This document shows positions 1 through 13,634 of a DNA stretch of 64,000 bases, piece after piece. The first letter of the stretch is position 1; each line of letters opens with the position of its first letter. Origin of the DNA: Asterias rubens (Eukaryota); NCBI RefSeq assembly GCF_902459465.1, contig NC_047067.1, positions 1,550,001 to 1,614,000 of the forward strand. Direction: 5' to 3'. The position numbers and the translations under genes were made by a program. A model generated the notes under the pieces. The model ran no database searches. It had not been told where the DNA came from and saw nothing but the letters and a program-made list of their open reading frames with translations.

Positions 1-1881
1 GTTACTTTAACCTCGGGATTCTGTGCTTCAACCATTTTTTGAGGAATCCAATTGGTTTTCTGAAGTGTTTTTTTTCTGGGGTAATTAGCAAACATTCCAA
101 ACGGTTGAAGAGAAAGATGTAGTTTAGTTGTCCGAAATAATGTTTGATTGGTTTTCAAGAATTTGTTTGAATATTTTTCAATATTTAACATTTAGCTTTG
201 GTTTTTAAAGGAGTGGTGCACCCTACAGCGCCCTCCATGGTGACCTCGGAATGTCAACAAATATGTAACTAATATATTTCTTTCGCGTCATAACAAACAT
301 GTCTGGCATTTACATAAACATCCAGACACACACATGGAAAAACAGGGGGAATTATTCCGGCGTCGTGTAAAGAAAGTCGCAAATCATCAGTCATGTGTCA
401 ACCTATTAGCTTGAATGTCCCGTAGGCCTGTTTTATACCAGCCCCCAATCTTGATGATGCTTGGTTTGCCAATTAATTCACTTAATGTCTTTAGACAAAT
501 AATTGCCAGAGGCTGATAGACGCGTAGACACCCCTTCAAAGCATTCGGCATACAATCTACATTTTGCGGAAAAGAAAATGGGTCAACCATCTCAGACCGA
601 CATAAGGAAGCTGCGCATTTCACAAACACTGACCCTACGGCCATTTTGCTTTTGAATGAGCAAAACCACAAAAAAACATGACCGGAGATTTTGCCCACAA
701 TGCAAATAAGAAATGAACCTTTTGAACCATTATTGTTGCGGACGATTGTTACCGCTAAACCTTTCGACCTTCCATCGTATTCAGAAGAAAAAAATGCACG
801 TCCAAAGTGGGCAGCTCCCCCCCCCCTCCCTCCCCTCCCCGAGTGGACATAAGATGAACCTCTTATGGCTGCTTAGTACCACACACAAACAATCTCAAAG
901 TAGCCGTTTTATAAATTATACCATGACAACCTTTTTCAAAGCTGATAGGCACACAGGTGTATAATCATCAAACAATTTTGTTCACTGAAAAATGGTTACC
1001 AGGCAAAATTCCACGTTATGTGCACAGTTTGTGACTGGTTTCCTGCTTATTTTTGCTGCGCAGAATTTGTTAATAAAACTGATTTGCTTCAATTAGCAGC
1101 TCAGTCTCAACACAATTGTACACGTCTCAATTTCGTTGAAATGCCGAAGCAGAAAATGTTGATGAAAATTTGCCTGCTTGATACAAGCTAAAGCAAGCTG
1201 AATACCATCGTAATGTGACATGATAATATAAACTTATCCTAGTAAACGTAATTCTGCTCTGCTTGGCAGCTTTTTGTGCTTTAATGCACTGAACACGTTT
1301 GGTAATTGTAAGTTTCTCACTTGGTGTATCCCATCATATGCATAAAATAACAAAGCTGTGTAATTTGTCATCGATATGAAATTGGGTCCAAATTTTCCAC
1401 AATGGAATATGGTGGGGATTGTTTTCAGTTCGTTCGACAATTGGCCGAGATCGAACTGACGGTTATGGCTACGGCTGTCAGTGCAGCCATTGCTTCAACG
1501 CACGTTAACGTGGTGATCCCATCTGCAGTCGTAGCCAGTAGCCACTAAAAGGATGCACTAGGCAAAATGACCATTCAATTTAATTAGGCGCGTTCTATTC
1601 TGTGTGCAAAACGAGGTTGTGGTAAACCAATTTAGTTTCCCTTCCCGCGCAGTAGTTTTCTCAAATGCCATGAACTTTCTATGACGAACACGGCCATTAA
1701 ATACGAACGAATGCTCGCTCCAGACCTATGATAGAAGAAAATGACTTGTACGTTGACACGTTTCTCGCTCGTTCCCGGTCCCACTTCTTTCACGATCGCA
1801 TTTACTTGGATTCCCTTGAGTCTAATTTCATCAAAATAGTTATAGGCTAGACGGTGAATAATGAGTTGTACATTCCTTAAT

Positions 1882-2032
1882 GGGTGCGTTCGTTTAGCTC
1901 CCCTGGGTCGACCCCGGTGTATCGCGGTTTTTTTTCTAGGACGAACGTGGGTAATTATCTGCACACGTTCGTCCTGGGCAAAAAAACCGCCACTAACCGG
2001 GGTCGACCCAGGAAAGCTAAACGAACGCACCC
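1882..2032. mobile_element. Small MITE, TIR GGGTGCGTTCGTTTAGCT
   Basis: ~35 bp imperfect terminal inverted repeats including gggtcgaccccggt; no clear TSD. Confidence 0.7.
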
Positions 2033-2108
2033 TGTATAGAGACCCATGAGTTTACCCCGTCATTACCCGGGAATTGAGACCATATTCCCCGAGAGTGCGC
2101 TTCCTTAA

Positions 2109-2652
2109 AGTCACCTGGAAGTGGTATTTTTTCAAAATAAAGCTTTTGTCACTAATATATGTGTTTTGATGAGTGGAATGTGAATAAACAGTTAACTAAG
2201 GTTTTAAAAAATCAGTTCTTATGTTATTTACAAATTTAAGAGTAGACCCCGACCCGAGAGGGCGCTGTTCGTGACGTCAATCGAGGCAGACTTTGCCTGT
2301 AATGAGTAGAGTAAACACAATTGCAAAGTATATAACGGACCAAGTCGTGAGTTTGTACGTTTAAAAAAAAACCAGGTGTATTGCTGCTGAATGCAGAAAA
2401 ACACTTTTTGAAATGTACCAACTCACGACTTGGACGTACATGTACTTGCACGTGTGTTTACTATACGCATTGCAGGCAAAGTCTGCCTCGACTGACGTCA
2501 CAAAAGGGGTAGGCGGAGTCAGCCCCCAAACAACTTTATATATTTTTTAAACATATAAATCGGGACAAACAATTACTAAAAAAATTGTTTTATTGTTCGT
2601 AAGCATATACTCTTATGTTTGAAAGAAAAAAAAATTATATTTCCAGGTGACT
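2109..2652. mobile_element. TTAA-flanked foldback MITE (Kolobok-like), TIR AGTCACCTGGAA
   Basis: TTAA at 2105-2108 and 2653-2656; exact 12 bp TIR; internal 34 bp imperfect inverted repeat at 2271-2304 / 2468-2501. Confidence 0.85.
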
Positions 2653-3738
2653 TTAAGAAGAGCCAGTTATTATCATTGGGATACTTGTATTGATTACCGC
2701 ATACTTAATTTATACACAGCGCATACAAGACGCATGCCCGAAATGTCTTTCTATACTCGGAATGACTTATGTGTACACTTTATGTTTAACGTGGAATGTT
2801 TTGTCATCTTCGATATTACCGAGGTTCATTCCAATTAAAGTTCATGAAACATTTCAGATGTTTGCATGAGGTGGCCTTCTATACGAATACCGCTGGATTA
2901 AAGTTCTTAAAGAGAAATGAAGTGATCATGAATGAAAACAATACAGAAATTTGAGATTGCCAAAGACTTTATAACAAAAGGTGTATGATTGCATTATATA
3001 CTAATTTCAAGAGTGGACTTATAGTTCACTATGAGGAAACGGTTCTTCTTAAGAATGAGATTTGTTTTGTTTTAGGATTTTTTTTGCAAATAAGGCAGGA
3101 GACAACCTGAAAAATAGGGGGACATTCAATATTCAACTTTTTTTGTGACAAAATACAAATTTTACTCACAAAAAAAAGAAGAGACCCAAAGCTTCTGCTC
3201 TAACAACTTCCGGTTCAGATTGTCCGTGGCAGTTTTTATGTCACTCTTGAAACTCAAAGAGAGGGAAACGAGTAGAGCTACAAAATACATTTAATGTAAT
3301 TGGATTATTGTTTTTATGCATTTTCAATTCTTTGAAAGGATGGGGAATTATCTTACTATAAACACACGTCCTCAGGTAGAGTCAAGTAGGTGGTAAGGGT
3401 CAGAGGTCATTTGGCATGCGGGGTGAAGATGTTGTAAACAACATTTACTTGCTATGTCTAAACCATATTTTAAAACTCTAAAGTGGATGACCTCCTTTAA
3501 GTGCCAGACAAATACCGCAGTCTGGGGACGCAATCAACTTTCGGTAAAAAAGCTTCTCGTACATTAATGTAATCGCATTGCTGCATAGTCAATCGCGGGA
3601 ACATTTTTGCCAATACTGGGTCTTCAGGCTGGGGTCTTAGTGGCATCAGCCCGTGTATAATTCTCTCGTAGGAACTTAAATAAACCCCACCACGGTAGTA
3701 AACTGAGGATCAATGGCGATGGTTTTATAGGGCTTTAA

Positions 3739-4127
3739 AGGAACACGTTGCCTTGGATCGGACGAGTTGGTCTTTGAAAAGTGTTTGAAACCGTTTGTTA
3801 TGAAATGCATATGGTTAGATATATATTTTAACAATATAATTTAATGATCCACACAAGTATCACTCGAAATTGCTTGGTTTTCCTTTTACCTCGGCGACTA
3901 ACACGGTCGGCCATTTATGGGAGTCAAATTTTTGACTCCCATAGAATAATGGCCGACCGTGTTAGTTCGTATTAAAGTAAAACGAAAACCACCCAATTTC
4001 GAGGCAAAATTGTGTAGATCATTGTATTCTACTTTTAAAACATCTTTCTAACCATATGCATTTTATTACACACGGTTACAAACGCTTTTTAAAGACCAAC
4101 TCGACCGATCCAAGGCAACGTGTTCCT
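3739..4127. mobile_element. Kolobok-like MITE family B (AGGAACACGTTGCCTTGGATCGG...), near-complete palindrome
   Basis: TTAA on both sides; long TIR; central atgggagtcaaa/ttttgactcccat inversion; other copies at 40195, 48998 and 56079. Confidence 0.88.
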
Positions 4128-5495
4128 TTAATATCGAACTACATAACAATCATAAAATTTAGGTAAACAGGACATCTGTTTTCGTCCTAATCCAGAATTT
4201 AGTTATCTGAGTTATGCATACTGACAGAATTTATCTGGCCCTCATCTGAATTATAAATCAGCTAATGTCAGAGTCCCGGATATAAGCCCATCCTGCTGTT
4301 TCTATTTATTGTAGCTCTTTAAAGGCAAAAGTGTTTATTTGGTTTACGGAGTCGTTTCGTTGTTTTAATCCTGAGTCATAAAATGTGTGGGGGAAAAAAT
4401 AATTCAAAAGTGGTAGAGTTTCTGAGATATCGCCAAAAATCGAGAGCGGCTGTGTCCACGCAGGAAGAATGATCCGTAACTGAAACACACCTACATCTGA
4501 GACACGTTTCATGCAGAAACGTTTCTCAAATTGAATGTTTATAATCTCCCTCTCTAAAACAACAATTCTTACAAGGAAATCGCTTCCAAAAATGTTATAG
4601 TATCAACAGCTGCAGTGCTTCTTACCAAGCAGAGAGCCTACGTTTTCATGGTCTTTCATTTTGTGAGTAATTACCAGAAGGTATAGGCCTACTGTGCTTT
4701 TAAAAATGTAATGTATAGAATTGTTTATGAAAAACAAATGAGTTTCATTCTGAAAACCCGATGATAAAAAAAAAAAATTCATTCCAGCCTCCAGAGAAAT
4801 ACGTCCATCTATATAAGTCCAGGCAAACCGCAGCTGTTCATCTGAACTGCTACAATCGAAATGATGGGAGAGGAACGCGCACAAGAAGGTCCTCTACAAA
4901 ATAAGACATAGAAATTATGTTGTCCTTTTACTTTTTCATGATAAACATCGCGAATGTGACGAGGTTTTCACGGGTCTTTTGGACGGCGTTGTTGGCCGTG
5001 GGACTGTGGGGGATTGGAATGAATTAAATGTGTATTGCCACAAAAAAATGTATTGTTTTTTAAAGGAACATTGATTCTAATTACATTTGCTGCTACAGCT
5101 ATATCCTGCCTAATTTTCCATTTTAAAGGAGCAGATGTTGCCCTATGGTATATACCAGCTGGCAGTCATTTTTTAAATTGTCTGTTGCTGTATTTCTGTG
5201 TGTGGGGGGGGGGGGAGGGGGAGGATGGGGGCAAACTCTTGCTTTAAATGTTCTGTTTGTGGAATCAGACCCATCAGCACTGTGGGCGTATTTCAATCAG
5301 CACTATGCTGATTGAAGTAGGCCTGCCCCTACGTGGATTCACCCGAACTAGCTCCTTAGCATAAATAAAGCACACTGAGTCATGGTATGGAGGTTGGTGT
5401 AGCATTTCTAGAATGTTAGCCTCTCTGCTGCACATGGACAAACAACATTAATCATCTCAATGTTGCGGTGCCAGCCCCATGTAGGCCTACATTAA

Positions 5496-6549
5496 AGGCA
5501 CTATAGACACTATTGGTATCAAAATAATTTTTAGCTTAAAAACTTGCTTGGTAACGAGCAGCGAATAAATGTTGTGAGTTATAAAACATTGTAAACAACG
5601 GCTCCTTCTAAAGTAATGTATATTTTTTAAGAGGTAATTTCTCACTCAAATATTTGAATCTGAGAAAGACTTCAGGCCCAAATCACATTTTAACAGTTTA
5701 CTCCATGATAAAATGTACTGTTTTAGCGACTTAAAGTATGTTCATTAATTGGTAAATACTCCAACATTAAAATGATCAAAACGTCGAAACTTACGTATTA
5801 AGAAGAACCGCAGCTTTTAAAAAACGATTTATGGAGAAATGAATTCTCTTCAAAGTAGGACAAATGGTTTTTCGATAATTGATAATTTTGCATCCCTAAG
5901 CATTTGAGTGCTGCGGCTGGAACCCACTGTCAATTCCCCCCAACCCCCCCCCCCCAACGTGAATGGATTCGAGGTTGCCGTGGATAAACAATGACAGTTG
6001 CTGTCGTCAAGTAGGCCTAGACACTGTCTCATAGCTGAAACTTTCTCATGATGTGACTTTTATTGATACCTCTCTTTTTTTTCTCCTATAAATCAGCATT
6101 ACGCTGCCAACAGCCAATAGTGTGACCTGCCAAGAACGGGACATCGCGTGTTGATTGTGCTCTTGGTCAAATATTATTTCAGATTGTTTGTTTAAACATG
6201 GTTAAAATAACCTTACCATGTGTTGAGCTTGTTCTGGCTCAAAATAGAAAAATGTTGCTGGTAAGCGCAGAATCGTCCATTAGAGAAGACATACTTATTA
6301 TAAAACACTCATCGTAATGTTACGTGTATTATTTGACCGGTGCCCAGCTGTCCCAAGCTGGAAAAGTTGTACAAAGCACTTCTTTTTTTAAAGCAACTTC
6401 GATGACCAATTGAGCCCAAATTAGTGGGACCTTTGAATACGGGTCAAATCTGACCAGGCAGTTTTTAGGTCACTATGTGCTGAGTATAATGTTGAGATAC
6501 ACCAAGTGATGATACTGGTCTTTGACATTACCAAACGTGTCCAGAGCCT
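5496..6549. mobile_element. Family A left arm (5496-~5690) and right arm (~6398-6549), possibly one copy split by later insertions
   Basis: TTAA-aggcacta..gacac at 5492 and gtgtccagagcct-TTAA at 6550, in the same orientation. Confidence 0.5.
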
Positions 6550-6714
6550 TTAAATTCCTCTATGCCGATAAAAGACTAAAAGATACCCGATGTAATCTTG
6601 GATTATACAAATTATTAATATTATGCCCATCCATATGACACTATAACACCTCCTTCGCTGCGAGGCCCCGGGCAAAACAACGCAAAATGCCACTTTGGAG
6701 GGCTCTTGGGTGGC

Positions 6715-7325
6715 ATTATCAGAACAAAAACAGGCAATAAATCACGCGCGTGTTTTCAGCTGAACACATAGCAATTTGGGCATAAAATAAGGCCAGACAA
6801 GATAAGGCGAACTATTCAAGATTCTTTGTCTTGAATAGAACCCTTACTCTAAAGAAAGTCTACTCTTGACAGAATTCGTACTTGGTTGATCAAAAGAAGA
6901 CGACTTATAAGATCTAAGCAACCCATTTTTTTAGGTTGCGTATCAGAAAAACAGGCAATAAAACATAAGTATTTTCAGCTGAACGAAGAGCAGAATATGG
7001 GCACTAGCAATGTCTGAAAAGGCAAACTATTCACACTGGATAGAACTCCTATATACACTAAAGTCATTCAGTCTCTGCTCTATGACAAAATCATTCTTTA
7101 GTGAACAAAGGAAAAAGAAATTTAAGATTCAAGCACCATCCTATAGGTTGTTTGTTATAGGTTGCATTTAGCTGGGAAAAAAACATGCAATAAAACACGT
7201 CTGTGGATTCAGATGAACGAAGAGTATAGAGACATTGGGCATAAAACAAGCTCGACAAGGCGAAATCTTCATTGATTATTTGACTTGAAACAATGAGACT
7301 GAAATAAGACAGTCTACAGTCTCGA
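6715..7325 (+). repeat. Degenerate tandem repeat, ~220-230 bp unit, ~2.7 copies
   Basis: aaaaca(g/t)gcaataaa...ttcag(c/a)tgaac...gggca...aaggc(g/a)aa recurs at 6731, 6952 and 7184. Confidence 0.8.
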
Positions 7326-10300
7326 CATGTTCTTAATTGTAGGCTATAAAAACAAACTAGTGACTTTTTAAAAAATACAATTGTGGGCCTAAAATGTGCA
7401 GACCTAAAAGTATAAACTGATAATTTTTACCGTAAAGTCATAAATGATGCATGTTCGTTAAATACTAAATACTAAAACAAATAGTTTGTCATAAACCGGA
7501 TATACATCAATCATCATAAGCAATTGTTTTTTTTCTTTTTTCTTTTTCGTTTTGAAATAACACATCCAAATGCAACTATCATGTTCGTTATTTTTGTTCC
7601 TTTACTTGTCCAGCCAAATGAATTATAATTTTGGCATAAAACCCTTCACAAAATGAGCACACTTCGTTGTTTGTACATGCACCTTATTTACATAATATTC
7701 AGTGGTTGGACAGTAATTCGTTGAATATTAATTTGAAGGCAGACTGCATGTACCATTAATTATAACTCTAAATGAATTCATTCTTAAGAATTGTTTTTAT
7801 ATTCTGTTATAAAAAATGATAAGTCTCGCTCCCGGCATTGAACAAAGAAACACTTATCAGCAAAACGCAGTGCACTTTAACCTTCCTCCGTCACACAGCA
7901 ATTTCTTCTTCAATAATACATTTTTTTAATTGCTTTTATTATAATCCCATACCATCAGTAAAATGCATAAGTACGAAAGAATAATTTGAGCTATGAACCA
8001 GCCGCCATGAAGTTGAACCGATAGCACTCCTAACACTAACGCAGGCTTTATTATTATACAATAGTGTGTTTGACAAATAAATACAACAACATGAGTTACC
8101 ATGACGATGCATTTGTTCACAAAACAAATGTTTGAAACATTACTAGTAATGTGACAATTATTACGAGTGTGTGAAGTGTTATACGAAACGACCTTTGCAT
8201 TATGGCGATGTGTGCACGAGATAACGAAAAACAGGCGACCCGCCACTATAACAAATATACCGCCAATGTTTACTCGGGTTGATTTCTCATACTGACTCAA
8301 TCCATCTTTAATTGAAATATATTTATATCTACATCAAAACCGACCAACACAAGGAAACTATATCACAGTCTTGGTTCTTATATTACCCTCCACAGATATA
8401 ACAGATAATGTTCTTTGTTTTGGTCGCTATTTATTACAACACGCATGACGTACTATACATACTTACGTGTGTGATGTGTAGCCTTTTTCTAGCCGTGCGA
8501 AACCTGAAAGCAGTGGAGGTGTGTCTACACGTGAAGACGCAATCGATGCTGCCAGATTAAATTATCCCGCAATGTTGAAGTGAGGATGTGGAGAATCTAG
8601 AACTCGTCTTTATACCAAGGCTGTGGAAACAGCTGAAGCAATGAAGTAGTCCATATAATTATAGTGCTGGGAGTGCAGTATTGTTGCAATACAATACTAC
8701 AGTAAGCGTTTTCTGCTGCCGTCTTATATTATCGTAAGAAGACAACTTAATAATACTGACCATGTAAAGCACAGTGTACCCGCATAATTATCGTCGTTAT
8801 AATAAGGTACCCTGTGGTACTACTGTTGCACCCTGGCTGAACTGCTTCAAACCACGAAGACCTCCGTACATCAATCCATACAGTCGTCACCCCCGTGGGT
8901 ATAGAGTGAGCGACGCACGGCAAACTTGGCCCTGGTCTCCCGCTGTAGTACTATGTAAATCCCCACGACGTGGGAAATGCCGATGTCACCTTTATCTCAT
9001 GCGTGAATACACTACACTTGGCCGTGGTGAGGAGGGTTTTTTCAGAATGGTCGCTGTCTCGTACGGCGAACCGATCTAGTAATTGCATAGGGTTTTACTT
9101 GCCCAATGTCGCCTATGGCAGTGCACGTGCTCCCGTAGAAGTGCAGCTATATAAATAGAACGCACAGCGACCCACACAAAAAACCATGTGCAGTACATTA
9201 AATGTCGCCTTTCAAAATACATGCGAATGTCTTCCATTGGCAGTGTACGGTTCTTTGTTTGAGAAGAGCGAGACAGTTCTCACTATCAAATCGATTTATG
9301 GGAAACGGAATATACTATGCAAAATGAAATGCTTCTGATTCTGGAATTGTGCACAGGGGTTTTAACCAATGGGAATGAAGGGGAGTGCCAGCGTAATCCT
9401 CTTGAGCAATCGAAGATGAATTGGTTGAAACTCAAAAACTCTCACATTAACGCCAGTAGGCCTAATTAATTTGTTTTCGTTAGATGCCTTTTTGCCACAA
9501 TCCCTGAATATTCCCATGCGTCTCGTCCAGTATACAGATCTATATAGGTCTCAGCAATGGAAATTAGTTTCTGCAAAGACACAAGCTGAAACATTAATTA
9601 CTTAGCCTTCCCCGTAAAATCAGTAATCGCCAAAAGACCGTAGTGCGTTCACTGCCAGTAAAGCAACTGGCTATTTTAAAAGCACTTTTAAAATTACTCT
9701 GCGTATGAACTTTATTTGAAATCAAATTTTCCTGGTCTTCTAAGATAATACGCTTGGGAATTTTTTTTTAAGTTTGAGTGGTCAGGGAAAAGTCGCTTAC
9801 CCGCTGGATTATTTTACAACATAGACTAGTCCGCTGTCTCAAGGGATCTCTAAATTGACTTGTAAACACACATAAGCCTTAGTCCGCCATGTAGTAATAA
9901 TATTGTGAGACACACCTGACCCCGACTTTGCAAATATTCATGGGTCCGCCCCTGGAATGGTGAAATACCATGTATAGACCATCTTGAAGACTGTGGGGTT
10001 GCTACCAGTTGGTTTATCCCTCGGTGTTTGACTACATTGGTAAGCGCCAGTTGTCAAACGTCCCAAAATGGACTCTTGGGTCTAAAACGATATTTAAAAT
10101 GTTATCTTTTTAAAAAATATTCCGAGCTAGCATGTTTTGGTAACGGTTAATCATTTTAATTGTGCGCCTCGCTTAAAATTTTTTTTTTTCAATGGAACAT
10201 TAAAAACGTTCAACAATCTTAAGTCGATTCCTGAAGAATCTATACTTGGCTGAAAAAATTGTTGATGTTAGAGGTGTGGACAAATTTAAGCAGTTCCCAT

Positions 10301-10850
10301 TTACAAATCTCAGCGTGCGTTGTCCTTTAAAATGGACTAAGTATTTTGGGAAACAACATCATTTTCCCGGCAGGGTCATTTCAAAGCTCTTGGTTTAATG
10401 CCAAAAGAATCCAAATTGTGTTTGTAAACACTTCGGGTTATTCTTCAGAGTCTGAATTGACACAAAATTTAATTTTCATTGTGATTCAACCCAATGCCTC
10501 GTGGGTAGATCGGATCTTGCCAGGACGAGGAGCAAAAGAGAGGCTCTGGGCTCTTGGAGTTTTTTTGTTAGAACCATTCCCCCATCATAATGGCGTACTC
10601 GATACAACTGAAGGACCCAACTAAACCCGAAGGCGTTCCGAGCCACAGAGAGAGCCTGAGCTTACAACGATTTGCTCGAAGCAGAGACTAACCTACCTAA
10701 GTGACCTTGTACAATGAATCGACAGGGATCAAGTTAAACTAGATGTAGATGGGAGAGAAAATATCCAGGAGTAGATACTGATTTCAGCGTTTTTCTCTCA
10801 CTCGGTTTGCATTTCCAAATTTTTCACTTTCTGTCTATTTCAAGAATTAA

Positions 10851-11319
10851 AGGCACTGGACACTATTGTTAATTAATGGTTAAAATAATTGTTAGCATAA
10901 ACACTTACTTGGTATTAACAGGCACTGGAAAGCTGCAAAAAGTATAAAACATTGTGAGAAACGGCTCCCTCTGAAGTAACGTAGTTTTTTTTTTAGAAAG
11001 AGGTAATTTCTCACTTAAATAAATTTGTGCAACTTACGGTGGTTTTTTTTTCTTTCTTTATTCTCTTGCAAACTCGGTGACCAATATTGAGTCCAGCCTT
11101 TTATAGATTTGTTATTTGATGCATATGTTGGGATACACCAAGTGAGAATACTGGTCTTTGACAATTACCAAAGGTGTCCAGGGGTGGATTGCACAAAGAG
11201 TTAGGACTAGTCTTATCTCGGACTAGGACTTAGGACTATCCATGCAATTTGTATATCTCCTAGGACTATTCCTAAGTTAGGACTAGTCCTAACTCTTTGT
11301 GAAATCGACCCCAGTGCCT
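10851..11319. mobile_element. Kolobok-like MITE family A (AGGCACTGGACAC...GTGTCCAGTGCCT) with an insertion in its right TIR
   Basis: TTAA at 10847-10850 and 11320-11323; right TIR is split by 11182-11311. Confidence 0.85.
11182..11311. mobile_element. PIF/Harbinger-like MITE family C (GGGTGGATTGCACAAAGAGTTAGGACTAGTC...)
   Basis: ~30 bp imperfect TIR; 3 bp CAG duplication at 11179-11181 / 11312-11314; internal (T)AGGACTA repeats. Confidence 0.85.
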
Positions 11320-11547
11320 TTAAGTGTCTGTAAACGAGAGTCACTCCTCTACCTTCATGCAATAGAGAATGTCTAGTTTTTACTTCAAGAAGACTGGTTG
11401 TCGCCTTAAAGCAATTTCCTTCTCTCGTCGAAAACCCCCATAATAAACTGAATACCTTACTCCCCCATTAAGTTACAGTCCTTGAGCTCGATCCATTATG
11501 AACCATTAAGAATCATAACAATGTTAAAAATAGTATAAATAACTTAA

Positions 11548-11940
11548 AGGCGCTGGACACGTCTTGTATAAAGTCAAAGACCAGTATTCTCACTTGATGT
11601 TTTCCGACATTTTTTATAATAAATTCGTGTGAAAAAGTCGTCTCAATTTGTCATCTAAATTGCAAAAAAGTAATGAAAGTACAAAAACAGCTTTGTTAAA
11701 CTTGTGTGCTTTCAGATGCCGCAGAGAGGCTGCAGGCCCGAAGTCTTTTTCAAAACCAAATATTTAAGTGAGAATCTACCTCTTTCTCAAATACTATCGT
11801 TACCTCGTCAGAGGGAGTCGTTTCTCACAATGTGTTAAACATGAATACTTTCAATAGCTCTCCGTTGCTCGTTACAAAGTAAGTTTTTAAGCTTATAATA
11901 TAATTTGAGTAATTACCAATTGTGTCCTGCCCCAGTGCCT
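11548..11940. mobile_element. Family A MITE, opposite orientation to the 10851 copy
   Basis: TTAA at 11544-11547 and 11941-11944; degenerate TIRs; shared internal blocks. Confidence 0.8.
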
Positions 11941-12532
11941 TTAAAAAGATATGCATAAAGTAGGCGTCTAAACCTCAAGGCGAAGAGATGAAAAGATCCA
12001 CTTGTAATGATTCCTTAATTAACCTAATTTATTCCAAAGACAAGCAATGTCATCGATTAAAATCAGGTTCGTGTAGAATATAAATTCTTTGTATTGATGT
12101 TTAAAAGACTTGTTTTCGTACGAACCTCTGTTGAAGTAATATGGCTCATTCTTTTTTTTCTTTTCAAAATGGCCACCGGCTTGCATGTTAAAAGAGTTCG
12201 AGGTGCACTGTTATTTTTGCAGAAAACCACGGGACCCCGCGCTGTTTTAGTATTGCACTTACTTAATGTGAGCACTGTACTTAGTGTTTGTATGACTTTC
12301 GCTTGAGGGAAACTTAAACCGTCGTGAAATAACCTCCTTTCCGTCGCGTTGAAGGACCACCAACCAACGTAGCTCTATTGAGGAGCAGTCAAAGAACCCA
12401 ACCGATTGGAAGGGATAACAAAACAGAGCTGAAATCATTTTTGGCCTCTGGTGGGATTATTACTCGTTATAGTTCCACCGATTCTTTGTTGAGGCGACTT
12501 GGAGTATAGCACTTCAAGATCAACACTCGTAA

Positions 12533-12918
12533 ACGCAATGGACACATTTGGTAATGTCAAAGACCAGTATTCTCACTTGGTGTATCTCAACATATGCATA
12601 AAATAACAAACCTGTGAAAATTTGAGCTCAATCGGTCATCAAAGTTGCGAGATAATATTGAAAGAAGAAAACACCCTTGTCACACGAAGTTTTGTGCGTT
12701 TAGTTTTTTAGATGGTTGATTTCGAGACCTCAAGTTCTAAACTTGAGGTCTCGAAATCAAATTCGTGGAAAATTACTTCTTTCTCCAAAACTATGGCACT
12801 TCAGAGCGAGCTGTTTCTCACAATGTTTTATACCACCAACCTCTCCCCATTACTTGTCACTAAGAAAGGTTTTATGCTAATAATTATTTTGAGTAATTAC
12901 CAATAGTGTCCACTGCCT
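12533..12918. mobile_element. Family A MITE, hairpin-bearing subfamily
   Basis: Right end gtgtccactgcct-TTAA; contains a perfect 21 bp inverted repeat at 12716-12760. Confidence 0.82.
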
Positions 12919-12922
12919 TTAA

Positions 12923-13121
12923 ATCTGTGAAAATTTTGACTCAGTGTGTCATCGAAGTTGCACAAATTTGTGTGCTTTTAGATGTCTAAAAAAAGGCTTC
13001 AGGTTTGAAGTGTAATATTATTTGAGTGAGAAATTACCTCTTCTTAAAAATTACGTTTTTCAGAGGGAGCCGTTTCTCACAAATAATTTGAGTAGTACAA
13101 AATAGTGTCCAGAATGCCCTT
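12923..13121. mobile_element. Family A fragment
   Basis: Shares the tttgtgtgctttagatg, gagggagccgtttctcac and gtgtccag blocks. Confidence 0.6.
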
Positions 13122-13582
13122 AAAAGAAAACGAAAAAATGGATGCTTTGAAACTAAGTTGACAGGCCGTGGCAGGACGTTGTTGATATCCAGTTAAAGGC
13201 TTACATTTCAACTGCTTATTATTGGTGATTGGGAAAAGGGCGGGAAAGAGATTTACCACTTATCGGTTTATCTCTTATCGTAAGTGGATGGGTGGGACAC
13301 CAGACTACTCGCCCAAGGTAAGCAAGGTAAATACGAGCCTGAACATCTGACGTCACACTTCGTGAATTACGCTTTAGATATGAGCCCATGTCCATAACAA
13401 CCTTTGACCTCTCATTCATTCTACATGGCCTTCTTAGTCCTGGAGAATCGTAGTTAAATCCGACGTACATAATAATGTAAACATAAAACCAATATCTGTC
13501 TTCATTCATCCTTACGGATAACGACAAGGGACCAGTCCATGTAGGCTACTTGTGAAAAACACCGGCCTTCGTATGAGTTGTG

Positions 13583-13633
<51 letters not shown>
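13583..13633. repeat. (AAT)n microsatellite, the LINE tail
   Basis: About 17 uninterrupted units. Confidence 0.97.

Positions 13634-13634
<1 letters not shown>

Noticed and set aside
387-2049. 103-aa and 132-aa minus-strand ORFs near the window start
   Set aside because: No recognisable domain; one is partly made of MITE sequence (1882-2032); no supporting splice structure.
5205-5230. G/C homopolymer tracts as G-quadruplex elements (also ~820, 14645, 48950, 51390, 59075)
   Set aside because: Simple homopolymers scattered throughout the window; no positional pattern.
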